From IMG/VR virus record IMGVR_UViG_3300036859_000475, positions 1 through 53,407 of that record: a stretch of 53,407 nt of DNA; one strand, 5' to 3'. This document shows, piece by piece, positions 45,333 through 53,176 of the stretch. Every line of letters begins with the position of its first letter. Position 1 is the first letter of the stretch. The DNA is from a virus (lineage: Duplodnaviria; Caudoviricetes). The position numbers were made by a program, and so were the translations under genes. The notes beneath the pieces were generated by a model. The model worked only from the letters and a program-made list of their open reading frames with translations, was not told the DNA's origin and searched no databases.

Positions 45333-46117
45333 AGATCGACAAGGATGTCCGCTTCGCGACCGTCCCGGAATGGCTCATCTTCGCCGATGTGAGTGCCTAC
45401 GCCGTCCGAATATGGGCGGTGCTCGATCGCCGTTCGGACGGATCAACGGGGACGTGCGAGGTCTCTCTGTCGACCATCGCGAGATTAGGTCGATGTTCCG
45501 TCAATACAGTCAAGAAGGCACTTGTCGAGCTCGAAGCGTTAGGTGCCATCGATGTCGAGCGGGATCGGATGACTGCTTCGGGCGATCCAGACACGAATCG
45601 TTATCTACTTAGGACATCCGACCCATCATCACGTGATGGGGGTAGGTCAGATCGTGACCCACCCGGTGGGTCATCTGGTGATCCAGGGGTGGGTCACGAC
45701 GTGGCCCTAAAAGAACGAAAGCAAACCCCAAAAGCAAAACCCAAGGTTGGTTTAGGGTTTGCAGCTAAGACTTCTCAGCTACTTACGTTTTCGGCGCTCG
45801 AAGAAACGAGCGCCTTCTCCGACCTCGACGACGACGTCAAGGCTGAACTGCAGAAGATTCGGAAGCGACACCCCGACTTCCCCGTCGCGCAACTGGCCGA
45901 GGCCAAGTGGTGGAGGGAGATCGACGCACAATCCGAGCACCATGACGTGTTCTATCTCGATGAGTTGTGGCGTTACGTCGAGTGGTGGGCGCTTCAGCCG
46001 AGGGGATCGCGGCATCGCAACGTCAAGCGCGCGTTCGGGCGATGGTGGGCCAAGGAGATCTCGCGCAGCGAATGGAGGAGGAGGAATGGGCCGAAAGCGC
46101 AGCGGATCGAGCGTTAG
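45329..46117 (+). CDS. Replication initiator (N-terminal wHTH)
   Basis: FATVPEW, SLSTIA....S.NTVKKAL.ELE..G.I, TNRY; internal repeats. Confidence 0.75.
   Translation: MKIDKDVRFATVPEWLIFADVSAYAVRIWAVLDRRSDGSTGTCEVSLSTIARLGRCSVNTVKKALVELEALGAIDVERDRMTASGDPDTNRYLLRTSDPSSRDGGRSDRDPPGGSSGDPGVGHDVALKERKQTPKAKPKVGLGFAAKTSQLLTFSALEETSAFSDLDDDVKAELQKIRKRHPDFPVAQLAEAKWWREIDAQSEHHDVFYLDELWRYVEWWALQPRGSRHRNVKRAFGRWWAKEISRSEWRRRNGPKAQRIER
45641..45760. repeat. Putative replication origin: three iterons and an A-rich tract
   Basis: GGTRGGTCA-N5-TGRYCC at 45641, 45665 and 45688, followed by an A-rich run. Confidence 0.65.
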
Positions 46118-46655
46118 TGACGTCCGCACGGTCTACGAGCTGAGTCACGTGCGCCGATTCGCGCCCGGGGTAGAGATCGCCAATCACAGCACGGCCTACG
46201 ACGAGGCGGAGCGCTTCGAGGCCGAAGCCGACTACGAGGCCCTGGCCCGGCAGGCCCGAAGCGAGGTCGGGACGGAGTGCGCGGCGAGCACCGTCGGGGG
46301 GCAGAAGGCACGCGGGATCGTGGATCGCATCGTCATCGAGCTTCGATCGCGCAAGGTGGGCGCGTGGCTCTCGCCATCGCGGCCGATGTCCTGCGAGGTG
46401 CTGCTGGACGAATCGAGGCTCGCGCCGAGGGCGAGCGCGGTTCGAGACGGATTGCTTGCCGTGCCGGCCGGGAGGCGGGGAGCGCTCTTCGCCGAGGCTC
46501 TGGTCGCCGTCGGTACGCCTGGCCCCGTGGGGCGAGAATCGCAGCACGGACGGGTCTGCGCGAAGCACCAGCGATGGGTCGGGCGAGGCCAGCTGCACGA
46601 CCCATGCTGGTCTCACGTCTGGCGCGCGGAAGATCCTTCGCGCGAGGGAGGATAA
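46086..46655 (+). CDS. Hypothetical protein
   Basis: RBS GGAGGAGG. Confidence 0.55.
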   Translation: MGRKRSGSSVSDVRTVYELSHVRRFAPGVEIANHSTAYDEAERFEAEADYEALARQARSEVGTECAASTVGGQKARGIVDRIVIELRSRKVGAWLSPSRPMSCEVLLDESRLAPRASAVRDGLLAVPAGRRGALFAEALVAVGTPGPVGRESQHGRVCAKHQRWVGRGQLHDPCWSHVWRAEDPSREGG

Positions 46656-46658
46656 GGC

Positions 46659-46997
46659 ATGACGCTGCATGATCCCGAGCTAATGAGCGGCTCGACTACT
46701 GAAATGGCACTCATCGCCATCGCTAATGAACGGCGGGATCAAGACCGACGTAAGGCCGAGGGGTGCTTCGAGTTCACTTGTGCCGACAGCGCCCTGACTA
46801 ACGCCGAAAAGCTAACCATCTTGGTCGAGGAGGTCGGCGAGGTCGCGCGAGAGGTTCTGACACAGGACGGCCGGCGACTCGCCCGAGACACCGAAGGCAC
46901 GGTTCGAGCGCTTCACAAGGAAGTCATTCAGGTCGCGGCTGTCGCTACGGCATGGGTTGAAGCGCTGAGCTATGAGCTTGCCGCTGATTCGAGATGA
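46659..46997 (+). CDS. MazG-like nucleotide pyrophosphohydrolase
   Basis: ER.DQ, ILVEEVGEVA, EVIQVAAVA.AWVE. Confidence 0.8.
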   Translation: MTLHDPELMSGSTTEMALIAIANERRDQDRRKAEGCFEFTCADSALTNAEKLTILVEEVGEVAREVLTQDGRRLARDTEGTVRALHKEVIQVAAVATAWVEALSYELAADSR

Positions 46998-47350
46998 CGC
47001 ATCCGGCGCTGACGGAGCGCAGCTTTCAAGACCAGGTGATCGAGCTCGCGCGCCTGCTCGGCTACGAGCGGATCGCGCACTTTCGTCCCGGCCAGACGCG
47101 AGGCGGTCGGTGGGCCACGCAGATGACGGGGGACCCTGGCTTTCCCGACCTCGTGCTTGTGCGGCCGGGGCGCGTCGTCGACGGCGCCCCGGCCAACGGG
47201 CGAATCGCCTTCATCGAGTGCAAGGTGGGGAAGAACAAGCCGACCTCTGAGCAGGAGGCGTGGCTGGACGCGCTGAGGTGGTCACCCGGCATCGTCGCCC
47301 GAGTCGCCTATCCGGAAGACTTGGACGAGCTCGCGGAATTGCTTCGATGA
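46994..47350 (+). CDS. VRR-NUC domain nuclease (resolvase-like)
   Basis: TE..FQ, GFPDLVL, FIECK...PT.EQ.AWL. Confidence 0.85.
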   Translation: MTHPALTERSFQDQVIELARLLGYERIAHFRPGQTRGGRWATQMTGDPGFPDLVLVRPGRVVDGAPANGRIAFIECKVGKNKPTSEQEAWLDALRWSPGIVARVAYPEDLDELAELLR

Positions 47351-47901
47351 CCGACCTCGCGATCCCCGGCCAGTTTTCGCCGACGTCTCTCGAACTCGAG
47401 CCCGGCTTGCCGTACGAGCGATGGATAGCGATAGGCCAGACGCTGCGCACTATCGAGCACGGCATCCAGTTTTGGCTAGGCGATTGGTACAACTACGGCG
47501 AGGCATCCTACGGGGATAAGGCGGCCCAGGCCGTGGAGATCGGCGCCGAGGCAGGATACGAGGGCTCGACGGTGCAGACCTACGCCTGGGTGGCTGGCCG
47601 CATCGAACCTTCGAGGCGTCTCGAAAAGCTGGCGTTCTCCCACCACCAGTCGGTCGCGTCGCTGGAACCCGACGAGCAGGACGAGCTGCTGCGCAAGGCC
47701 GACGAGAACGACTGGGCCGTCCGGGATACGCGCGAGGCCGCGCAGGAGCTCAAGGCCGCGACGGGGCGGGCCGAGGCGCGCCCGGCGTGGTCGCTCGAGG
47801 AGGCGATCCGCGAGGCGCTCAAGCCGTGGACGTTCGTCGACCAGCTCGACGCGGCGACTGCGGCCATCATGGGCGTCCTTCGCGATCGGAATCTCGCGTG
47901 A
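47347..47901 (+). CDS. LmbU-like DNA-binding protein
   Basis: FWLGDW..YGE..YG, T...YAWVA.....RR...L.FSHH..VA.L...EQD..L. Confidence 0.7.
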   Translation: MTDLAIPGQFSPTSLELEPGLPYERWIAIGQTLRTIEHGIQFWLGDWYNYGEASYGDKAAQAVEIGAEAGYEGSTVQTYAWVAGRIEPSRRLEKLAFSHHQSVASLEPDEQDELLRKADENDWAVRDTREAAQELKAATGRAEARPAWSLEEAIREALKPWTFVDQLDAATAAIMGVLRDRNLA

Positions 47902-48557
47902 GCACGATGAAGATCGAGCACGTGGCGATCGACCGCTTGAAGCGTCACCCGCGCAACTACCGCGATCACCCCGAGGAGCAGCTGGCGCACATCGAGGCGA
48001 GCCTGCGCGAGCATGGCTTCTACCGTAACGTCGTGGTCGCTCGGGACGACACGATCTTGGGCGGGCACGGGGTGGTCCAGGCGGCCAAGCGCATCGGCAT
48101 GGACCAGCTCCCGGTGCTGCGGCTGGACCTGGACCCCGACGACCCGGCCGCGCTGCGCATCCTGGTGGGCGACAACGAACTCGGGAGGTTCGCCGACGAC
48201 GACGATCGCGAGCTGACCGAGCTGCTGCGCGAGTTGGCGACGAGGGACGCGCTCGGACTCATGGGCACGGGGTACGACGCGCAGCAGCTGGCGGCGCTGC
48301 TGTTGGCGACGCGCACGCGCGCCGAGATAACCGGCTTCGACTCCGCGGCGGAATGGGTCGGCATGCCGGACTACGAGGTCTCGGGCGAGTCGTTCTCGGT
48401 GGTCGTCAACTTCGCAGGCGAGGATGCGCGGGCGAAGTTTATCCAGGCCAACGGCTTAGTCGTCTTCAAGTCCCAGGGGACGTACACCGCGTGGTGGCCT
48501 CCGCGAGAGCGCGACGATCGCCAGTCGGTGCGGTGGGAGTCCGGGGCGGCGGAGTGA
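47898..48557 (+). CDS. ParB/Srx N-terminal domain protein
   Basis: L.RHPRNYR.H...Q...I..SL.E.GF, ILGGHG, GDN; C-terminal EWVGMPDY...WWP. Confidence 0.85.
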   Translation: MSTMKIEHVAIDRLKRHPRNYRDHPEEQLAHIEASLREHGFYRNVVVARDDTILGGHGVVQAAKRIGMDQLPVLRLDLDPDDPAALRILVGDNELGRFADDDDRELTELLRELATRDALGLMGTGYDAQQLAALLLATRTRAEITGFDSAAEWVGMPDYEVSGESFSVVVNFAGEDARAKFIQANGLVVFKSQGTYTAWWPPRERDDRQSVRWESGAAE

Positions 48558-49432
48558 GCGACCTGGCCCCGCGCTACCCGATCTACATTCCGTCCAAGGG
48601 GCGCTCGGACGCGCTGCTGGCGGCGCGGATGTTCGACGCCGACGCGGTGCCGTACCACGTCGTGGTGGAGCCGCAGGAGGCCGAGGCTTACGCGGCCGTC
48701 GTCGGAGGCGAGCGCGTGCTGTGCCTGCCGGAGTCGGGCCGAGGCCTGGTCTACTCGCGCACGTGGATCAAGCGCCACTCGGTCGAGCGCGGCGAGGCGC
48801 GGCACTGGCAGTTCGACGACGACGTGACGCAGATGATGCGGCTGCACCTGAACCACAGGCTGCCGTGCGACGCGGCGATCGCGCTGCGCGCCGCCGAGGA
48901 CTTCGTCGATCGATACGAGAACGTCGCGCTGCCCAGCTTTAACAGCGAGTTCTTCTTGCCGACGACGGGGGCTTTCTCGCAGAAGTGGCCGCCGTTCTTC
49001 CTCAACTTCCGCTGCTATACGTGCTTCCTGATGCTCAACGCGATCCCGAACGAGTGGCGCGGTCGATACAACGAGGACACCGACATGACCCTGCAGGTGC
49101 TGGCCGACGGCTGGTGCACGATCTTGTTCAACGCGTTCTGCATGCGCACGCCGGCGACGATGACGCACCGCGGCGGCCAGACCGACATCTACGAGGGCGA
49201 CGGCCGGCGCGAGATGGCGCGAGAGCTCGAGCGCCGGTGGCCGAGGGTGGTCAGCGTCAAGCGAAAGTTCGGGCGCCCGCAGCACCACGTGGACTGGAAG
49301 AAATTCGACACGCCGCTGCGGCCGAAGCCCGGTGTGGTCATCCCGGACGGGGACCCGTACGGCCTCGCGCTCGCGGCCAAGCGCGAAGTGAGGAGCGCGG
49401 CCCTGCGCGAGCTGCTGGAGCGGAGCCAGTGA
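48554..49432 (+). CDS. TET-associated (TAGT/GREB1-like) glycosyltransferase
   Basis: YPIYIPSKGR, VVEPQE...Y, SR.WI, HWQFDDD, WRGRYNEDTD..LQVL.DG.CT, GG.TD.Y, HHVDW. Confidence 0.75.
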   Translation: MSDLAPRYPIYIPSKGRSDALLAARMFDADAVPYHVVVEPQEAEAYAAVVGGERVLCLPESGRGLVYSRTWIKRHSVERGEARHWQFDDDVTQMMRLHLNHRLPCDAAIALRAAEDFVDRYENVALPSFNSEFFLPTTGAFSQKWPPFFLNFRCYTCFLMLNAIPNEWRGRYNEDTDMTLQVLADGWCTILFNAFCMRTPATMTHRGGQTDIYEGDGRREMARELERRWPRVVSVKRKFGRPQHHVDWKKFDTPLRPKPGVVIPDGDPYGLALAAKREVRSAALRELLERSQ

Positions 49433-50220
49433 TCGCCGACCTCGCCGTCGTCGTCCCCTGGGTGGACGAGTGGCAGCGCGACGAGTTCATGCGGGCGTGG
49501 CGGCTATCGGAGATCCCGCCCTGGTTGTTCATGCTCCAGGACGAACATCGGCAGGGCTGCGCCGCCACGAAGAACCGCGGCGTGGCGATGGCCGTCGAGG
49601 CCGGCGCCGAGGTCGTGGTCGTGCTGGACGACGACTGTTATCCGTGCGAGCCCGGCGACTCGCTGGAATGGCTGGCCGAGCTTCATGCGCTGGCGCTGGC
49701 ACCACAGCCAGTCCAGCTCTTCGAGGTGGTGACCGACCCGCCGTCGCGCGGGACTCCCTATGGCTCGCTCGAGGTCGAGATGCCGGTCGCCGCGAGCATG
49801 GGCTTCTGGACGGGCTCGGGCGACTACTGCGCCGTTCGGCAGCTGGCGTTGGGGATCGACATGACGTTCTCGCGCCGCGCGATCCACGGCCGCTACTTCC
49901 CGCTGAGCGGCATGAACCTGGCCTTTCGGCCGCGCGACTGGGAGCCGTGGTGCCGCTTCGTAGACGTGCCGCGGTTCGACGACATCTGGATGGGCTGGAT
50001 GTGGCAGCGCGAGGCGTATCGCCGCGGGTACTGCTTCAACCTGGCAGGCCCGCTGGTGCGGCACGCTCGGCAGAGCAACGCGTGGAGAAACCTGCAAGTC
50101 GAGGCCCGTCACCTCGAAACCAACGAGGACCTGTGGCGCCAGATCGCCACCCACCCGGACCCGAGCTACGAAGGGCTCTGCGCCTTGCTCCCGGCCAGCC
50201 CGGGCGGGAGCGACCGATGA
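49429..50220 (+). CDS. RGP/GT75-like protein (UDP-arabinopyranose mutase family)
   Basis: LDDDCYP, RGTPY, S.G.W....DY.A..QL, YFPLSGMNLAF, RFDDIW.GW. Confidence 0.72.
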   Translation: MIADLAVVVPWVDEWQRDEFMRAWRLSEIPPWLFMLQDEHRQGCAATKNRGVAMAVEAGAEVVVVLDDDCYPCEPGDSLEWLAELHALALAPQPVQLFEVVTDPPSRGTPYGSLEVEMPVAASMGFWTGSGDYCAVRQLALGIDMTFSRRAIHGRYFPLSGMNLAFRPRDWEPWCRFVDVPRFDDIWMGWMWQREAYRRGYCFNLAGPLVRHARQSNAWRNLQVEARHLETNEDLWRQIATHPDPSYEGLCALLPASPGGSDR

Positions 50221-50664
50221 TCCCCGCGCGGGCGACGCGCCCGTACCTGCTCGTGGGCGAGGCCCCGGGGCAGGGAGGCGGCGCTGCGTTGGCCGGCGCG
50301 ATCGGCAAGCGGCTGGCCCACCTGCTCGGCGCGGAGCCGGCCGAGCACTTCGACCTGTGGCAACTTGCTCGACCAGTACCCGGGCTCGCTCGGGAAGGGG
50401 ACTTATTTCCCCGAGAGGCAGGGCCTGGCGGCGGCGAAGGCCGCAGTCGGCCGCTTCGCTTCGTGGCGCGGGGTCGTGCTGCTCGGGCGGCGCGTCGGCG
50501 ACGCCTTCGGGCTGCGAAGCCAGCTGCTCTTCCAGTGGACGCCTTTGGGCGACGGCCGAGCGGCGATCATGCCGCACCCCTCCGGCTTGAATCGCTGGTG
50601 AAACGACGCTTCCAACGCCGAGCGCGCGAGGCGATTCCTGCGGGGGCTGCGGGCGCCGTCGTGA
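50217..50664 (+). pseudogene. Uracil-DNA glycosylase superfamily protein with a frameshift and an internal stop
   Basis: LLVGEAPG; extra base near 50361; then VVLLGRRV..AF and PHPSG.NRW*ND (TGA at 50599); natural stop overlaps the next GTG. Confidence 0.7.
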
Positions 50665-51077
50665 AGTGCTCGTTCTGTTTGCGCCCGGCCGTCACCGACG
50701 AGTTCGAGGCGGAGCGCTTCGAATTCATGGGCGAGTCGCGCTTTCGGTGCTGCGCGATGCACGCCCACATGATCGCCCAGGCGGTGCTCTCGGAGGTGGG
50801 GATGCTCTTGAAGTGGAGGCACGAACTGATCGAGGCCGAAGCCCGACCGACCGTCGCAGACGCGGATCTGATCTTGGCAGCGAACGCGCGACACGTGAAG
50901 GAGCGCGACGAGGCCCGCGCGCTGGCGGACCAACTGGCCGAATTGCTCCCCGAGATCGCAGGGCTCCTGAAAGAGGTCGTCGAAGGGCGCGACCCCGGAG
51001 TGATGAGACTCAGTCAGGTGCTCGTCCAGGCCACCAGGACGCTGACCGCCTACGAAGCGCGAGACTGGAAAGCGTGA
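50661..51077 (+). CDS. Hypothetical protein
   Basis: CSFC...CCAMH then coiled coil; GTGA overlap. Confidence 0.55.
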   Translation: MKCSFCLRPAVTDEFEAERFEFMGESRFRCCAMHAHMIAQAVLSEVGMLLKWRHELIEAEARPTVADADLILAANARHVKERDEARALADQLAELLPEIAGLLKEVVEGRDPGVMRLSQVLVQATRTLTAYEARDWKA

Positions 51078-51340
51078 TGTACGCGGACTCGCTCGTCGAG
51101 TTGCTACCTGGTGAGATGTTCGGTTACCCGGGTTCGTGCGGCTACTGGGTTGGCGACTTTGAGGACGGGATCACCGAGCTTGGCCTGCGCGCCTTCGCGT
51201 TCGAGGTCGAGGAGAACGACGCGGCTTGGCCTTACTTCACAGAGGCGTACTGGAACCCGCCGACGGAAGTGCCGTGTCCCCGCTGCGATGGGAGTGGGAA
51301 GGTGTCGGCGGGGGTCGCGAAGGAAATTATTTCTGCGTGA
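51077..51340 (+). CDS. Hypothetical protein
   Basis: TGATG overlap; CPRCDGSG. Confidence 0.55.
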   Translation: MYADSLVELLPGEMFGYPGSCGYWVGDFEDGITELGLRAFAFEVEENDAAWPYFTEAYWNPPTEVPCPRCDGSGKVSAGVAKEIISA

Positions 51341-51386
51341 TCAAGCCGCGACGGCAAGCGGTGCGACCCTTCGTAGACTTGGGAGC

Positions 51387-52073
51387 GTGACCGAAGGACT
51401 GCCCGCGGGGCGCCTCACCGAGCCGTGGGAGCGCCAGCGAGGCGAGACGGCCAAGGCCTTCGCGGCCTTCGTCGCCTACAGGGAGCAGTCCCCCGACAAG
51501 AGGACGCTCGCGGCCGCGGCGAGGGCGACGTACGGCGAGCGGGGCGTCCGTAAGAACGGGCAGGTCATCGGAGTGATGCAGGAGTGGATCCGCCGGCACG
51601 AGTGGGCGGCGCGCGCGGCGGCGTGGGACGCGCACCTAGACGACCTGCGCCGGCGCGAGGACGAGAAGGCCGTCGTCGAGATGCAGCAGCGCCACCTTCG
51701 CGAAGCGGAGCTGATCCAGCGCACGCTGCTCTCGCCGGCGATGGCGCTGGCCAATCGGCTGCGCGCCGATCCGCAGGCCCAGTACCTGTTCGAAGGCACG
51801 GAGCTGCCCGCGCTCGTCCGGCTGGCCGACCGCGCCGGCCGCGGCTATGACCGCCTAGCGCGCTTCGAGCGCCTCGTGCGCGGCATCGCCGACCGCCTCG
51901 AGGTCACGGGCGCCGGCGGGGGCCCGATCGAGGTCTCCATGACGGTCGAGCAGGCATGCCTGGTCCTGGCGCCGTACCTGGGCGTCGAGCCGGCCGACGT
52001 GCCCCAGGCGATCGCCGACAGGCGACGGCAGCTCCGGGAGGCCGAGGGGGAGGAGGAGGCCTCGGCGGTGTAA
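51387..52073 (+). CDS. terS: Putative terminase small subunit
   Basis: PWERQ.GET.KAF.AF..Y, W..RA.AWD, C-terminal LEVTGAGGGPI; TAGACT 7 nt upstream of GTG. Confidence 0.65.
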   Translation: MTEGLPAGRLTEPWERQRGETAKAFAAFVAYREQSPDKRTLAAAARATYGERGVRKNGQVIGVMQEWIRRHEWAARAAAWDAHLDDLRRREDEKAVVEMQQRHLREAELIQRTLLSPAMALANRLRADPQAQYLFEGTELPALVRLADRAGRGYDRLARFERLVRGIADRLEVTGAGGGPIEVSMTVEQACLVLAPYLGVEPADVPQAIADRRRQLREAEGEEEASAV

Positions 52074-52079
52074 TCGGGG

Positions 52080-52108
52080 TTGACACGGTGCCGCGTGTCA
52101 GGTAAGAT
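52080..52108 (+). promoter_or_regulatory. Strong promoter with overlapping palindromic operator
   Basis: TTGACA-17 nt-TAAGAT; TGACACG-N6-CGTGTCA at 52081-52100. Confidence 0.8.
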
Positions 52109-52115
52109 TACAGGC

Positions 52116-52280
52116 ATGAGCACCAACCAAACCCCGAGCCCCGAGAGGGGAGAAAGGAGGGTCCAGATGGGGACCTTCCAAGTGGCCTGCACCTGCGGGT
52201 GCGGCCAGGCAGTCGAGGCCCGCGACGAGGGCTTCAGCGCCACGACCGTCGGAGATCGCCGCCTGCGACAAGCGGCGTGA
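52116..52280 (+). CDS. Small hypothetical protein
   Basis: ATG 7 nt after the -10 box; alternative internal ATG with its own RBS; CTCGCG. Confidence 0.5.
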   Translation: MSTNQTPSPERGERRVQMGTFQVACTCGCGQAVEARDEGFSATTVGDRRLRQAA

Positions 52281-52287
52281 GGCGGGG

Positions 52288-52614
52288 ATGGTCAGCGTGA
52301 CCATCCGAAAGTCGGTTGCCTACAAGGCCGCCGACGAGCTCCACCGGAGGACCGGCGAGCGGGACATCCCGCTCACCATCGAGCGCGCCGCCGGCGCGAT
52401 CTTCGACGCGGTGCTGGCCAAGGCCGAGGACGTCGCGCACGACGCGATCGACGCCCCGGATCCCGACGACACCGACGACGAGCTCCGCGACGAGGTCATG
52501 GAGCTCGTCTTCGAGGTCAACGAGCGGATCCTGGCAGCGGTGCGGGACCGCCTCGTCGACTACGTCTGCGACGCCATCCCCATCCTGGAGCGGCCGACCG
52601 CCGACAAGCGATGA
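52288..52614 (+). CDS. Acidic hypothetical protein
   Basis: Asp/Glu-rich; typical codon usage. Confidence 0.65.
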   Translation: MVSVTIRKSVAYKAADELHRRTGERDIPLTIERAAGAIFDAVLAKAEDVAHDAIDAPDPDDTDDELRDEVMELVFEVNERILAAVRDRLVDYVCDAIPILERPTADKR

Positions 52615-52772
52615 CGCGCTCTACGCCATACACGAACGGGATGAGCGGCTGGGTGATCCGCGATGAGATCCAGCGCGCAGGGATGACCCGGCCGCACGTC
52701 AGCTGGTGGTACGGCCCGAACCACGGGCGGCGGGACAACGCCGACAGAGTGCGCGCTCCTCGGGCTTCGTGA
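52611..52772 (+). CDS. Small hypothetical protein
   Basis: Translated by hand; ATGA overlap. Confidence 0.35.
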   Translation: MTRSTPYTNGMSGWVIRDEIQRAGMTRPHVSWWYGPNHGRRDNADRVRAPRAS

Positions 52773-52802
52773 GAACCTCGAGATCCGACGAGAGGGGTTG
52801 GG

Positions 52803-52973
52803 ATGAGCAAGGTCATTCGCATCGACGAGGAGGTTCAGGCGGCCGTACTCGAGAAGAAGCACGACCTCGAACGAGCGCGCCGGCGGCCGGTCACCATGGG
52901 CGAGGCACTACGCGCAGCTGTTGAGGAGGCAACGGGCGAGGCGATCGGTCGTCCAGTCAAGGATCGCAAGTGA
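52803..52973 (+). CDS. Small RHH-like protein (56 aa)
   Basis: Translated by hand: MSKVIRIDEEV...TMGEALR. Confidence 0.55.
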   Translation: MSKVIRIDEEVQAAVLEKKHDLERARRRPVTMGEALRAAVEEATGEAIGRPVKDRK

Positions 52974-53176
52974 AGCCGTACGGGATCGCGGAGATCGCAC
53001 GGGCGCTCGACGCGCGTCCGGAGACGGTCGCACAGTGGCGCCGGCGCGGCAAGCTCCCGACGCCAACCGCCGAGCTCGCCATGGGTCCGGTATGGACCGC
53101 CGAGGAGATCGAGCCGTGGATCGACCTAGTCGCCAAGCTGGACGACGTTGGCCGACGGACGCTGACGCACACATGA
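52970..53176 (+). CDS. AlpA/excisionase-like HTH protein
   Basis: GIAEIA..L.....TV.QWRRRGKLP.P......PVW...EI..W. Confidence 0.8.
   Translation: MKPYGIAEIARALDARPETVAQWRRRGKLPTPTAELAMGPVWTAEEIEPWIDLVAKLDDVGRRTLTHT

Noticed and set aside
50599-50601. TGA recoded as Trp (alternative genetic code)
   Set aside because: TGA is the ordinary stop for many genes here, with ATGA/GTGA overlaps, so a single lesion or error is simpler.
49470-51077. 535-aa ORF as a single gene
   Set aside because: A composite of a shadow frame, the UDG-like N-terminus (50217) and a separate gene starting at 50661.
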